Below are positions 1 through 10,311 of a stretch of 64,000 nt of DNA, piece after piece. Under the pieces are notes generated by a model. That model had not been told where the DNA came from. It ran no database searches and saw only the letters and a list, made by a program, of their open reading frames with translations. Origin of the DNA: Aequorivita sp. (lineage in GTDB: Bacteria > Bacteroidota > Bacteroidia > Flavobacteriales > Flavobacteriaceae); the NCBI GenBank assembly GCA_048268785.1, contig JBLWUV010000001.1, positions 300,962 through 364,961 of the forward strand. Reading direction: 5' to 3'. Each line of letters starts with the position of its first letter. Within the stretch, counting starts at the first letter, position 1. Both the position numbers and the translations under genes were made by a program.

Positions 1-134
1 TCTTCTCCGCTCGAATTTTTAAGTGACAATTCTATATTAATGTCCACAAGAGCTTGTGGTTGAGGTTCGTCATCATTGCTTTTACTGCAAGAGGTTAAAA
101 TTGCTATGAATACAAATGCTACTATAGTTTTCAT
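1..134 (-). CDS. Lipoprotein, N-terminal part only (continues beyond the window start)
   Basis: Minus-strand ATG at 134 reads MKTIVAFVFIAILTSCSKSNDDEPQ..., a signal peptide with an LTSC lipobox. The ORF is open to position 1. Confidence 0.45.
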   Translation of the reverse strand, partial: MKTIVAFVFIAILTSCSKSNDDEPQPQALVDINIELSLKNSSGE

Positions 135-273
135 AATTAAAATATTAGTTAGAACTGGTTAAGTCATTATTCGGCTTATTTACTCAATAAATGAAAAAAA
201 AATATGGATCATAGGAGTTTTTTTTCGTTAAATGTTTAATACAAATTTATCCTTTTAAAATTACATAATGAAA

Positions 274-314
274 AATGAAAAAACCGCCTCTCAAATCTAA
301 ATTCGAGAGGCGGT
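274..314 (-). terminator. Rho-independent terminator after CDS 343..873
   Basis: 10-bp GC-rich stem accgcctctc/gagaggcggt (283-292 / 305-314), followed on the minus strand by a U-run (plus-strand A-run 271-283). Confidence 0.6.
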
Positions 315-342
315 TTTGTTTGTGGGGATAGTATATGGAAAA

Positions 343-873
343 TTACATTTTATCCTTTTTCATATCGCTCTTCATTTCCAACTTATAAACATCGGAAACA
401 AGGGCATCCAATTTTGGATCATAACGCTCTACCACAAAATTTCCGTCGGCATTAAAATATCCAAAAGACGATCTTCCATCTTGCGACATAATATAATACC
501 CATTTTGTGAGGTTGGCTTAATCACGGCATATTCTTCATTGGTAGCGTTGTCTTTAATGGTCATTAATCGGTAACCTTCATTATCTTTTTGGGAAACGAA
601 CTTAAACCGTCCGCCATCAAAACCATAGCTTACATCCGTATCAACCACGGTTGGTTTCATTACTACACTTTGGTTGATTTCTCCGGCTTCACTATCGTTT
701 AGTGCGACCACCTGCTTTTCGGTTTGGGTTACGGCCTTGGTAGAAACATCGGTTCCCTTGGAGGTTTTTACAGCTGTTTTGGTAACTACGGTTTCCTCTT
801 TTTTGTTTTTATTTTCCTGTGCAAATCCCACTGTAAAAGCGGCAAGAGCAACTATTAACATTGCTTTTTTCAT
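343..873 (-). CDS. Secreted hypothetical protein
   Basis: 176-aa ORF with N-terminal signal peptide MKKAMLIVALAAFTVGFAQ. A terminator lies downstream. I recognise no family. Confidence 0.6.
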   Translation of the reverse strand: MKKAMLIVALAAFTVGFAQENKNKKEETVVTKTAVKTSKGTDVSTKAVTQTEKQVVALNDSEAGEINQSVVMKPTVVDTDVSYGFDGGRFKFVSQKDNEGYRLMTIKDNATNEEYAVIKPTSQNGYYIMSQDGRSSFGYFNADGNFVVERYDPKLDALVSDVYKLEMKSDMKKDKM

Positions 874-1003
874 AATAGTTAAGTTTTTTATTTAGTTATT
901 TTCCAAAGATACAGGCGCAGGATGTTAAAAAATTATAAATCATTAATAATCATTTGCCAAACTTCAAGTTCGGTAATTTATTTCATTCTTTTTACACCCT
1001 CTA

Positions 1004-1036
1004 AATAAAAAAACCGCTCCAAAATAGAAGCGGTTT
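1004..1036 (-). terminator. Rho-independent terminator after CDS 1060..1536
   Basis: Hairpin aaaccgct/agcggttt flanked by an A-run on the plus strand (U-run on the minus strand) and a T-run. Possibly bidirectional. Confidence 0.5.
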
Positions 1037-1059
1037 TTATAACATAAAATGCGAATGGA

Positions 1060-1536
1060 TCAGTCCTTTTTAAGTTTGGACATTCCATCGGGTCTCTTCA
1101 TCAGCGCCGCGCGTCTAGCCTCCAACTCAGCCTGTTGTTGTTGCAATTTTGCTTGGCGCTCGCGCTCGGCTTCGGCAGCCGCCGCCGCTTTTTGTTCTTC
1201 AATGGCTTTTTGCAACTGGGCTTCCTGACGTTCGCGAATGGCCATTTTTTTCGCCTCGTTCGCTTCGTTTTTTACTACGTCGTCCACCACCACTTTATTG
1301 TCGGAATCCTTCCGGGTTGTTTCGCTGAATTCCTGATTGGTCTTGTTGTTGCCTTCAACCACCACCGCACCACTTTCGGTATCGGTATTTTTGATCTCCT
1401 TTATTTTAACGTCGCTACCTTCTTTTGTAACGACACGTTTTACGGTAGATTCTTCCTTTACGGTTTTGTTTACCTGTGCCTGGGCGGCAGTTAGGGTTAA
1501 GGAAACAAGGGCAATACTCATTAAAATACGTTTCAT
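1060..1536 (-). CDS. Secreted hypothetical protein with Ala/Gln/Glu-rich coiled-coil C-terminus
   Basis: 158-aa ORF with signal peptide MKRILMSIALVSLTLTAAQAQ and a C-terminal low-complexity helical region (QKAIEEQKAAAAAEAERERQAKLQQQQAELEARRAA). Confidence 0.6.
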   Translation of the reverse strand: MKRILMSIALVSLTLTAAQAQVNKTVKEESTVKRVVTKEGSDVKIKEIKNTDTESGAVVVEGNNKTNQEFSETTRKDSDNKVVVDDVVKNEANEAKKMAIRERQEAQLQKAIEEQKAAAAAEAERERQAKLQQQQAELEARRAALMKRPDGMSKLKKD

Positions 1537-1731
1537 AATTATTGGTTATTAAGGTTTGAATGGTAAACTTAAGCCCATTGTCGTTAATTTCCTGTGAATT
1601 AATAGTGAAATTAAACCCAATTTTTTCCGTTGTGCATTTTAAAAATGATGCTACAAATTCTGCTTTGAACTTGTATATTTGCACCCTCAAAAACAGGAAC
1701 CATTTTAAAACGGTTTTAAAAAGATAGCTAA

Positions 1732-2826
1732 ATGAAAGCAGGTATTGTAGGTTTGCCAAACGTGGGAAAATCCACTCTTTTCAATTGTTTGAGCAACGCA
1801 AAGGCCCAGAGCGCCAATTTTCCTTTTTGTACCATTGAGCCAAATGTGGGCGTGGTGAACGTTCCGGACAAGCGGTTGCTTAAATTGGAAGAATTGGTGA
1901 AACCCGAGCGCGTGCTTCCTGCTACGGTGGAGATTGTGGATATTGCCGGTTTGGTGAAGGGGGCCAGCAAGGGCGAAGGTTTGGGCAACCAGTTTTTGAG
2001 CAACATTCGAGAAACCGATGCCATTCTCCATGTGCTGCGTTGTTTCGACAATGAAAACATAGTTCACGTTGATGGCAGCGTAGATCCCATTCGCGATAAG
2101 GAAACCATAGATATTGAACTCCAGTTGAAAGATTTGGAAACGGTGGACAAAAAACTCGAAAAGGTGAAACGCGCCGCCCGCACCGGAAATAAGGATGCAC
2201 AAAAGGAGGAGGCAGCGCTGTTGAAAGTGAAGGCAGGTCTCGAGGCCGGGATTTCAGTTCGCGCCATTGATCTAACCGAAAGCGAGCGGGAAGATTTTAT
2301 AGTGAACGCCCAATTTATCACGGACAAACCCGTAATGTACGTCTGCAATGTGGATGAAGCCTCCGCCGCTACCGGAAATGCTTATGTTGAAAGGGTAAAG
2401 GCAGCCGTTGCCAATGAAAATGCCGAGGTTTTGGTTTTGGCAGTAGGCACGGAGGCCGACATCACCGAGCTAGAAACTTTCGAGGAACGCCAACTTTTTT
2501 TGGAAGATTTGGGCTTGGACGAGGCCGGATCCGCAAAATTGATCCGCAGCGCCTACAAGCTTTTAAATCTGCAAACCTATTTTACCGCAGGGGTAAAGGA
2601 GGTCCGCGCCTGGACCATTCCCGTGGGGGCAACCGCGCCCCAGGCCGCCGGCGTTATCCATTCTGATTTTGAGAAAGGTTTCATCCGCGCTGAAGTTATA
2701 AAATATGACGATTACGTAACCTATGGCAGTGAGGCCAAAGTGAAGGAGGCCGGGAAAATGGGCGTGGAAGGGAAGGAATATATTGTGAAGGATGGCGATG
2801 TGATGCACTTTCGCTTCAATGTATAA
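1732..2826 (+). CDS. ychF: Ribosome-binding ATPase YchF (Obg-like GTPase family)
   Basis: 364 aa. N-terminal P-loop [12 protein letters not shown], and C-terminal TGS-like end ...[18 protein letters not shown] typical of YchF. Confidence 0.95.
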   Translation: MKAGIVGLPNVGKSTLFNCLSNAKAQSANFPFCTIEPNVGVVNVPDKRLLKLEELVKPERVLPATVEIVDIAGLVKGASKGEGLGNQFLSNIRETDAILHVLRCFDNENIVHVDGSVDPIRDKETIDIELQLKDLETVDKKLEKVKRAARTGNKDAQKEEAALLKVKAGLEAGISVRAIDLTESEREDFIVNAQFITDKPVMYVCNVDEASAATGNAYVERVKAAVANENAEVLVLAVGTEADITELETFEERQLFLEDLGLDEAGSAKLIRSAYKLLNLQTYFTAGVKEVRAWTIPVGATAPQAAGVIHSDFEKGFIRAEVIKYDDYVTYGSEAKVKEAGKMGVEGKEYIVKDGDVMHFRFNV

Positions 2827-2870
2827 TTCAAAAAACGATTATTTTTTAGGAAATCCGGTTTAAGGAGAAA

Positions 2871-3161
2871 TTATTCGTAAAGCCTTAATTTTTTTTGTAA
2901 CAAGGCCATTTCCTTTTCCATTTTTCGCAGGCGTGCCAGCATTTGTTTGATGGCGTCCAAGCCTTCAAAATTAATTCCCAAATCGTGGTGCAGCCTGAAC
3001 ATACGCTCAATTTCGGTTATATCTTTTTCATTGATGAAAAAATTGTCTTCCCGTTGTTCAAATTGCACCAAACCGTATTCCTGCAAGCTCCGCACGAATG
3101 AATCCTCAATATGGGCGTGTTTGCAATAGTGACTTACCAGTATGTATTTTTCGCGTGCCAT
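2871..3161 (-). CDS. cbpM: MerR-like chaperone modulator (CbpM-like)
   Basis: 96-aa ORF. Its start overlaps the stop of the upstream J-domain gene by 1 nt, giving the classic cbpA-cbpM arrangement. Small helical protein. Confidence 0.7.
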   Translation of the reverse strand: MAREKYILVSHYCKHAHIEDSFVRSLQEYGLVQFEQREDNFFINEKDITEIERMFRLHHDLGINFEGLDAIKQMLARLRKMEKEMALLQKKLRLYE

Positions 3162-4084
3162 TATCTCAATTTTGAAAGTTCAGTGAATAATTCCTTTTCC
3201 TTGGCAGACAGGTTCTGGGGGAGGCTAATTTTATAGGTAATATAAAGATCGCCTTGTTGGTCTTCCTTTTTATATTTTGGCAATCCCTTGCCTTTTAACT
3301 TCACTTTGGTATCGTTCTGGGTTCCCGGTTTCACGTTCAGTTTTACTTTTCCGGTTAAGGTTTCAATGGTAATTTCACCTCCCAAAATGGCCGTGTAGAG
3401 TGGAATTTCCTCTGTGGCATACAGGTCGCTTTCCAAATGTTTGAAACGGGTGTTGTTAAATATTTCGAAGGTAATGAACAAATCGCCCTTCGGCCCGCCG
3501 TTCATGCCTTCGCCGCCGTAGCCTTTAATTTTTATGGTCTGTCCGTCCTCCACGCCCGCAGGAATGGTGAGCCTTATTTTTTTATCCCCCAAACTGATGG
3601 TTTGTTTTTGGCTTTTTAGAATATCGGTCAGGTTCAGCCGAAGGGTGGCGTTCAAATCTTGACCTTTAAATTGTGAAGTGTGCCTTCTGCTTCCCGCACC
3701 GCGACTAAAACCGCCACCGCCGAACATCGATTCAAAAAAATCTGAAAATTCGCTTTCGTCAAAACCCTGCCCACCGGAAGTGTAGGTGCGCTGTCCGCCA
3801 AAACCGCCACCAAAACCTCGCGAGCCCTGTTGTTTTTTGGCTTCCTCAAATGCGTCCGCGTGTTGCCAATCTTTTCCGTATTGGTCATACTTTTTGCGTT
3901 TTTCCGGATCGCTCAGCACTTCGTTGGCTTCGTTCAGCTGTTGGAATTTTTGTTGCGCCTGTTTATCGTTTGGGTTAAGGTCAGGGTGCAATTTCCGGGC
4001 TAATTTTCGATAGGCCTTTTTTATTTCGGCAGCAGTTGCATCTTTGTTTACCCCGAGAATTTTGTAGTAATCTATAAATTCCAT
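3161..4084 (-). CDS. cbpA: J-domain co-chaperone / curved-DNA-binding protein CbpA (DnaJ family without zinc finger)
   Basis: 307 aa. J-domain DYYKILGV...HPD, a Gly/Phe-rich linker and a DnaJ C-terminal domain. No CxxCxGxG repeats. Confidence 0.85.
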   Translation of the reverse strand: MEFIDYYKILGVNKDATAAEIKKAYRKLARKLHPDLNPNDKQAQQKFQQLNEANEVLSDPEKRKKYDQYGKDWQHADAFEEAKKQQGSRGFGGGFGGQRTYTSGGQGFDESEFSDFFESMFGGGGFSRGAGSRRHTSQFKGQDLNATLRLNLTDILKSQKQTISLGDKKIRLTIPAGVEDGQTIKIKGYGGEGMNGGPKGDLFITFEIFNNTRFKHLESDLYATEEIPLYTAILGGEITIETLTGKVKLNVKPGTQNDTKVKLKGKGLPKYKKEDQQGDLYITYKISLPQNLSAKEKELFTELSKLR

Positions 4085-4223
4085 CGCCTTTTTTTATTTG
4101 TGTTGAAATTATAAAAAGAATTTAAACAAGGCAATGCCCAAGCCCATTCTTTACAAAAGTTTAATATTTTTTCCGCCTTCGGAAAGCACCACTTAGAAGA
4201 CTGCATTGGGAATGGCTAAAATT

Positions 4224-4811
4224 CTATATTTCCTGGAACGAATCGGCAATTTGATGATAGGTGCGCAGGTATTTTTTTGAAAAATCATTCAATGTCCAGC
4301 TCATGATCATATACAGGTCATTGCGCCCCTCCACGAAGGTGATCAGGTATTTTATTTTTTCGTCCACCCCTTCAATCTTGCCTTCAAATTGGGTGCGTTT
4401 TGCGTTCAGCCGGCCAATTTTTTCCACCTCTAAATTTTCCACGGAAGTCATAGCAATTCCTTGCCCTAACAACGACATTTGCAGTTTTCGGTAAATTTCA
4501 ATAGTGGTGCCCAAACTGTCGGCCCATTGGCTCTCCTTGATGGCTGATAAAAATTGTTCCTTGTTTTCGTCAATCACGATCGTGTAGGTTTCCTTAAAAG
4601 GATTGTTGTACTGCAGCGATGCTTCATCGTTCAACTGATCGGTTTTCCGCATATAATTTGGAATGGAAAGCTGATATTTTCCGTCAATCCTAACTTTTTT
4701 GAAATCACTTTCCAGTGAAAGTACTTCTTCCTTATTGGGTTGCAGGTACGTGCAGGAAATGGGGATGAACAAAATGCCCAGCAGGCAAAAAATCGGAAGA
4801 ATGGCTTTCAT
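4224..4811 (-). CDS. Hypothetical lipoprotein
   Basis: The ORF track gives 4224..4868. The internal ATG at 4811 yields MKAILPIFCLLGILFIPISC with a lipobox, so I prefer it. No family recognised. Confidence 0.55.
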   Translation of the reverse strand: MKAILPIFCLLGILFIPISCTYLQPNKEEVLSLESDFKKVRIDGKYQLSIPNYMRKTDQLNDEASLQYNNPFKETYTIVIDENKEQFLSAIKESQWADSLGTTIEIYRKLQMSLLGQGIAMTSVENLEVEKIGRLNAKRTQFEGKIEGVDEKIKYLITFVEGRNDLYMIMSWTLNDFSKKYLRTYHQIADSFQEI

Positions 4812-4996
4812 TTTCAACATAAAAAATTCAAGATTAAAATATAAGTTTTTCAATTTATAAAATTTCAATTTGGCAAATTTGCCCCGCGGTGTTTGTTCTT
4901 AACAAAAGCCTGATTTTTTTTGTTAATTACTTTCCGAAGTATTGGTTTCACAAGTGCTCACGTATATTTATATTAGCAACCCTACACCCAATCTCT

Positions 4997-6847
4997 ATGT
5001 CCGAAACACAATATACCGAAGACAATATTCGCTCGCTCGACTGGAAGGAACACATCCGGATGCGCCCGGGAATGTACATCGGGAAACTGGGGGACGGTTC
5101 CTCGCCCGACGACGGAATTTACATCCTTTTAAAGGAAGTAATCGACAACTGTATTGACGAATTCGTAATGGGCGCCGGCAAGACCATCGAGGTGCGCATT
5201 AAGGATAAAGAGGTGAAAGTGCGCGATTACGGCCGCGGCATTCCTTTGGGGAAGGTAATCGATGTAGTCTCAAAAATGAACACCGGCGGAAAGTACGACA
5301 GCCGCGCGTTTAAAAAATCGGTTGGTTTAAATGGCGTTGGAACGAAGGCCGTGAATGCGCTTTCGGCGTTTTTTAAAGTGGAATCAATCCGCGATAACCA
5401 AATGAAAGCTGCCGAATTTTCCCTAGGCGAACTCACCAACGATTTGGCGGTCGAGGAAACCACCAAACGAAAAGGGACCAAAGTGGTTTTTATTCCCGAT
5501 GAAAGCATTTTTAAAAACTTCAAATTCAGAAATGAATATGTAGAGAAAATGCTGAAAAATTACGTCTATCTCAATCCGGGCCTGACCATCGATTTCAATG
5601 GCGAAAAATTCCATTCCGAAAATGGGTTGAAGGATCTATTGAGCGAAACCATTTCCGAGGAAGATTGTGCCTACCCCATAATCCATTTAAAGGGGGAGGA
5701 TATCGAGGTGGCGATGACGCACAGCAAAACGCAATACAGCGAGGAATACCACAGTTTTGTGAACGGGCAGAACACCACCCAGGGCGGAACGCATTTGGCG
5801 GCATTTCGCGAGGCGTTGGTGAAAACCATCCGCGAGTTCTACAATAAGAACTATGACGCTAGCGATGTGCGAAAGTCTATCGTTGCCGCAATCAGCATAA
5901 AAGTGATGGAGCCGGTCTTTGAAAGCCAGACCAAAACCAAATTGGGCTCCACCGACATGGGCGGCGACCATCCCACGGTGCGCACTTTTATAAACGATTT
6001 TGTAAAAACCCAGCTCGACAATTACCTCCATAAAAACCCGGATGCGGCCGAAGCCATCCAAAAGAAAATCGTACAGGCCGAACGCGAACGCAAGGAGTTG
6101 AGCGGCATCCGCAAATTGGCCCGCGACCGTGCCAAAAAAGCCAATCTGCACAATAAAAAGCTACGCGATTGCCGTGTGCATTTGCAGGACATAAAAAACG
6201 AGCGAAATCTCGAATCTACGCTGTTTATCACCGAGGGCGATTCCGCCAGCGGGAGCATCACCAAAAGTCGCGATGTGAATACACAGGCTGTTTTTTCACT
6301 GCGTGGAAAACCGTTGAACACCTACGGAATGAGCAAAAAAATTGTTTACGAAAACGAGGAATTCAACCTGTTGCAGGCCGCGTTGAATATTGAAGATTCG
6401 ATGGAAGATTTGCGGTACAACAACATCGTGATTGCCACGGATGCCGATGTGGACGGGATGCACATCCGTTTGCTGCTCATTACGTTTTTCCTCCAGTTTT
6501 TTCCGGAATTGATAAAGGAAGGGCATTTGTATATTTTGCAAACGCCGCTGTTCCGCGTGCGGAATAAAAAGGAAACCATTTATTGCTATTCCGAAGAGGA
6601 GCGCATCAACGCCATAGAAAAATTGAAGCCAAAACCTGAAATCACCCGCTTTAAAGGTTTGGGGGAAATCTCGCCCGATGAATTTGTGCATTTTATAGGG
6701 AACGACATCCGCTTAGATCCGGTGATGCTCGACAAATCGATGAGTATTGAGGAACTGCTTTCGTTTTATATGGGAAAAAACACACCCGACCGGCAGGAAT
6801 TTATTATTGATAATTTGAAGGTGGAGTTGGATAGGGTGGAGGAGTGA
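4997..6847 (+). CDS. parE: DNA topoisomerase IV subunit B (GyrB/ParE family)
   Basis: GHKL ATPase and TOPRIM motifs ([21 protein letters not shown]). About 616 aa from ATG 4997 ([16 protein letters not shown]). The 36 codons upstream in the track ORF are non-homologous. Lies next to the ParC-type A subunit. Confidence 0.9.
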   Translation: MSETQYTEDNIRSLDWKEHIRMRPGMYIGKLGDGSSPDDGIYILLKEVIDNCIDEFVMGAGKTIEVRIKDKEVKVRDYGRGIPLGKVIDVVSKMNTGGKYDSRAFKKSVGLNGVGTKAVNALSAFFKVESIRDNQMKAAEFSLGELTNDLAVEETTKRKGTKVVFIPDESIFKNFKFRNEYVEKMLKNYVYLNPGLTIDFNGEKFHSENGLKDLLSETISEEDCAYPIIHLKGEDIEVAMTHSKTQYSEEYHSFVNGQNTTQGGTHLAAFREALVKTIREFYNKNYDASDVRKSIVAAISIKVMEPVFESQTKTKLGSTDMGGDHPTVRTFINDFVKTQLDNYLHKNPDAAEAIQKKIVQAERERKELSGIRKLARDRAKKANLHNKKLRDCRVHLQDIKNERNLESTLFITEGDSASGSITKSRDVNTQAVFSLRGKPLNTYGMSKKIVYENEEFNLLQAALNIEDSMEDLRYNNIVIATDADVDGMHIRLLLITFFLQFFPELIKEGHLYILQTPLFRVRNKKETIYCYSEEERINAIEKLKPKPEITRFKGLGEISPDEFVHFIGNDIRLDPVMLDKSMSIEELLSFYMGKNTPDRQEFIIDNLKVELDRVEE

Positions 6848-6860
6848 ATTTTTTGATATT

Positions 6861-7037
6861 GGGAATATGGAAAATGGACTGAGGGAATATGGAGAAAGGA
6901 TTGATAGAAGATGGACTTATGGATTATGGAATAAGGACAAATGGAGGATGGAAGGGGTACATATTACATCCATATTGCATTCTCCGAGAGTATGACTATG
7001 GATTAAAGAGAATATGGAAAATGGAATCCGGGAATAC
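6861..7037. repeat. Purine-rich simple-sequence arm built from GGAATATGGA / AAATGGA-type motifs
   Basis: Direct reading shows gggaatatggaaaatggactgagggaatatggagaaagga...agagaatatggaaaatggaatccgggaatacg. It is complementary in motif to 7552..7625. Confidence 0.8.
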
Positions 7038-7057
7038 GATCGAAAATATCAATAATA

Positions 7058-7414
7058 ATGGCACGACATAACTTTAGAAAACTTTCGATTTGGGTTGATG
7101 GCTTAACTTTTACGGCGGAAATTTATCGGATAACCAAAAAGTTTCCAAAAGAAGAACGATTTAATCTGATTAGTCAATTAAGTAGTGCAGCAGTTTCTAT
7201 CCCTTCAAATATAGCAGAAGGTTCCGCGAAATCATCCGACAAGCATTTTAAGATTTTTCTGGAAAACAGCTTAGGTTCTGCTTATGAGTGCGAAACGCAA
7301 ATTGAAATTGCGAATAGAATTTCATATTTGTCTGATGATGACTATCAATTATTAATAAATAAATTACAATCGCTTCAAAAAAGAATAGGAAGTTTTATTG
7401 ACAAGTTGAGTTAA
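7058..7414 (+). CDS. Four-helix-bundle protein (TIGR02436 / '23S rRNA intervening-sequence protein' family, Avd-like)
   Basis: 118 aa with family hallmarks FPKEERFNLISQLSSAAVSIPSNIAEGSAK...FLENSLGSAYECETQIEIA. Confidence 0.9.
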   Translation: MARHNFRKLSIWVDGLTFTAEIYRITKKFPKEERFNLISQLSSAAVSIPSNIAEGSAKSSDKHFKIFLENSLGSAYECETQIEIANRISYLSDDDYQLLINKLQSLQKRIGSFIDKLS

Positions 7415-7551
7415 AAGTGATTTTTATGGAATGTTGAAAATAGAATATAGAAAATGGACTTCAAAAGAAAATTTCCCAAAATGAATTTCAAAAAAGTAAT
7501 ATTGAATATGCTAATTGCAATTATTAGTGGTAATTCAAATGTTTTATGGCT

Positions 7552-7625
7552 CTCCAATAATCCATATTCCATCCCATCCATATTCCATATTCCATATTCC
7601 ATCCCGTCCATATTCCATACTCCAA
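7552..7625. repeat. Pyrimidine-rich arm of TCCATATTCC motifs (reverse complement of the 6861..7037 motif)
   Basis: Reads ctccaataatccatattccatcccatccatattccatattccatattccatcccgtccatattccatactcc, and ends 8 nt before the parC start. Confidence 0.8.
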
Positions 7626-7633
7626 ATTAAAAA

Positions 7634-10282
7634 ATGAGCGAAGAACAAAATTTTAACGAAGAACCAACTGGAAATCACCCCGACTCTGGCGAAACCATCA
7701 CCAAAGTAACGGGTATGTACCGCGACTGGTTTTTGGATTATGCCAGCTACGTAATCCTGGAACGCGCCGTGCCCGCCATTGAGGACGGTTTCAAGCCCGT
7801 GCAGCGCCGCATAATGCAGTCTATGAAAGATTTGGATGATGGGCGTTACAACAAAGTTGCGAATATTGTTGGGCACACGATGCAGTACCATCCGCACGGC
7901 GATGCCAGTATTGGCGATGCGATGGTGCAGATTGGCCAAAAGGATTTATTGATAGACACCCAAGGAAACTGGGGAAATATCTTAACCGGCGACGGCGCGG
8001 CGGCCCCGCGATATATCGAGGCGCGGCTTTCAAAATTTGCGCTGGACGTTGTTTACAATCCAAAGGTTACCACGTGGCAAGCTTCGTATGACGGTCGCAA
8101 AAAAGAACCGATAAATCTGCCCGTAAAGTTTCCGTTGCTTTTAAATCAAGGGGCGGAGGGGATTGCGGTTGGACTATCCACAAAAATCCTTCCGCATAAC
8201 TTTTTGGAACTCATTGATGCTTCCATAAAACATTTGCAGGGAAAGAAATTCCAAATCTATCCCGATTTCCCAACGGGCGGCTTGATTGACATTGCCGATT
8301 ATAACGACGGACTGCGCGGCGGGAAAATCCGCAGTCGCGCGCGCATCAACCAACTCGATAAAAACACGCTCGTTATTACCGAAATTCCCTTTGGCACCAA
8401 TACTTCCTCTTTGATTGACACCATTCTGAAAGCCAACGAAAAAGGGAAGATAAAAATCAAAAAAATAGAGGACAACACCGCTGCCGAAGTGGAAATCCAA
8501 ATCCATCTGCCCAGCGGCATTTCGCCCGACAAAACCATTGACGCGCTGTATGCCTTCACGGGCTGCGAGACTTCCGTTTCGCCTTTGGGCTGTGTGATTG
8601 AGGACAATAAACCTTTGTTTATCGGGGTTTCGGAAATGCTTCGCCGCAGTACCGACCGCACGGTGGAACTGTTGAAACAGGAACTTGAAATTCAACTCGA
8701 TGAATTGGAGGAGCAGTGGCATTTTGCTTCCCTCGAACGTATTTTTATTGAAAACAGGATTTATCGCGATATTGAGGAAGAAGAAACTTGGGAAGGCGTA
8801 ATTGCCGCAATCGACAAAGGATTGCAGCCGCACATCCAGCATTTAAAAAGGCCCGTTACCGAAGAGGACATCGTTCGGTTAACGGAAATTCGCATTAAAA
8901 GAATTTCGAAATTTGATATTGACAAAGCCCAGCAAAAGATTGACGCACTGGAAGATAACATTGCGCAAACAAAGCATCACTTGGCGCATTTGATTGAATA
9001 CGCCATTGAGTATTTCAAAAGATTGAAAAAAGATTATGGCGCTGGAAAGGAACGAAAAACGGAAATCCGCACCTTTGACGATATTGAAGCCACGAAAGTG
9101 GTTATCCGCAACACAAAACTCTACGTTAACCGCGAGGAAGGTTTTGTGGGCACCAGCCTAAAGCGCGACGAATACGTTACCGACTGCAGCGATATTGATG
9201 ACATCATCGTTTTCACCGAGGATGGGAAAATGATGGTCAGCAAAGTGGACCAAAAAACCTTTGTCGGCAAGGGGATTATCCACGTTGCCGTTTTCAAAAA
9301 GAAGGACAAGCGCACCATTTATAATATGATCTATAAGGACGGCACCCGAGGCGCCAATTACGTGAAGCGTTTTGCCGTAACCTCCATTACCCGCGACAAG
9401 GAATATGACCTTACCAATGGCACGAAAGGTTCCAAAGTGCTATATTTTACGGCCAATCCCAACGGAGAGGCGGAAGTGGTAACCGTGTTCCTGCGCCAAA
9501 GCGGAAGCATCAAAAAGCTAAAGTTCGATCTCGATTTTGCCGATCAGTTGGTCAAGGGAAGAAATTCCAAAGGAAATATCGTTACCAAATATTCTATCAA
9601 AAAAATTGAATTGAAGGAGAAAGGCCTTTCGACGCTAAAACCGCGTAAAATCTGGTTTGATGACTCCGTACAACGGTTGAACGTGGACGAGCGGGGCGAG
9701 CTTTTGGGCGAATTTAGAAAGGATGACCGCCTATTGATTGTAAACCAAAAAGGAGTCGTTAAAACGGTAATTCCGGATATCCAGCTTCGGTTTGAGGACG
9801 ATATGATTATTCTGGAAAAATGGGACCCGAAAAAACCGTTGAGTGCCATTTATTGGGAAGGTGAAAAAGAACTTTTTTACGTAAAGCGTTTTTTAATTGA
9901 AAATCCCGAAAAAGAAGAAACCATTATTACCGATCATCCAAATTCATACCTCGAAAAAATATTCACCGATTATCGCCCAATGGCCGAGGTTGTTTTCGCA
10001 AAGAAAAGAGGGCAGGAGCGCGAGGAAAATTTAGAGGTCAATTTGGAGGAATTTATTGCCATAAAAGGAATTACCGCGATGGGCAACCAGTTGACCAAAG
10101 AAAAGGTTTTGGAAATAAACACCCTGGAACCGCTGCCTTACGAGCCGCCAGCACCCGTGGAACCAGAGGAAATTGATGTTGTGGATGAAGAGGATTTGAA
10201 TGAGGAAATGGAAACTTCGGAAGAGGAAAATGGGTCGGATGAGTCCATTACCGATGAGGATGGGCAAGGGAGGTTGTTTTAA
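7634..10282 (+). CDS. parC: DNA topoisomerase IV subunit A (GyrA/ParC family) with acidic C-terminal tail
   Basis: 882 aa. Bacteroidota ParC-type N-terminus (YASYVILERAVPAIEDGFKPVQRRI), an active-site region, and a C-terminal beta-pinwheel region. The last ~60 aa are very acidic. Confidence 0.9.
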   Translation: MSEEQNFNEEPTGNHPDSGETITKVTGMYRDWFLDYASYVILERAVPAIEDGFKPVQRRIMQSMKDLDDGRYNKVANIVGHTMQYHPHGDASIGDAMVQIGQKDLLIDTQGNWGNILTGDGAAAPRYIEARLSKFALDVVYNPKVTTWQASYDGRKKEPINLPVKFPLLLNQGAEGIAVGLSTKILPHNFLELIDASIKHLQGKKFQIYPDFPTGGLIDIADYNDGLRGGKIRSRARINQLDKNTLVITEIPFGTNTSSLIDTILKANEKGKIKIKKIEDNTAAEVEIQIHLPSGISPDKTIDALYAFTGCETSVSPLGCVIEDNKPLFIGVSEMLRRSTDRTVELLKQELEIQLDELEEQWHFASLERIFIENRIYRDIEEEETWEGVIAAIDKGLQPHIQHLKRPVTEEDIVRLTEIRIKRISKFDIDKAQQKIDALEDNIAQTKHHLAHLIEYAIEYFKRLKKDYGAGKERKTEIRTFDDIEATKVVIRNTKLYVNREEGFVGTSLKRDEYVTDCSDIDDIIVFTEDGKMMVSKVDQKTFVGKGIIHVAVFKKKDKRTIYNMIYKDGTRGANYVKRFAVTSITRDKEYDLTNGTKGSKVLYFTANPNGEAEVVTVFLRQSGSIKKLKFDLDFADQLVKGRNSKGNIVTKYSIKKIELKEKGLSTLKPRKIWFDDSVQRLNVDERGELLGEFRKDDRLLIVNQKGVVKTVIPDIQLRFEDDMIILEKWDPKKPLSAIYWEGEKELFYVKRFLIENPEKEETIITDHPNSYLEKIFTDYRPMAEVVFAKKRGQEREENLEVNLEEFIAIKGITAMGNQLTKEKVLEINTLEPLPYEPPAPVEPEEIDVVDEEDLNEEMETSEEENGSDESITDEDGQGRLF

Positions 10283-10311
10283 CTTTTTCATTATTCATTT
10301 GATATTTATTT

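Noticed and set aside
4889-4996. N-terminal extensions given by the ORF track for parE, and likewise for pyrR 12529, phhB 34439, ALDH 37413, MscS 40629 and 46701, SDR 43315, OmpA 45520, rpoD 49496, helicase 60925 and 14071
   Set aside because: The extensions are non-homologous to the respective families. They overlap terminators, repeats or neighbouring genes. In each case an internal ATG gives the canonical N-terminus, so the internal starts were used.
7058-7414. Four-helix-bundle (Avd-like) gene as part of a diversity-generating retroelement
   Set aside because: No reverse transcriptase ORF is nearby, and no template/variable repeat pair with adenine-specific differences is visible. The flanking repeats are simple-sequence arms, not TR/VR.
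6889-7611. ORFs 6889..7071 (+) and 7411..7611 / 7544..7939 (-), which translate to MEKGLIEDGLMDYG... and MDGMEYGIWNMDGMEYG...
   Set aside because: These are translations of the GGAATATGGA / TCCATATTCC simple-repeat arms. The periodic peptide sequence mirrors the DNA repeat, and one of them runs antisense into parC.
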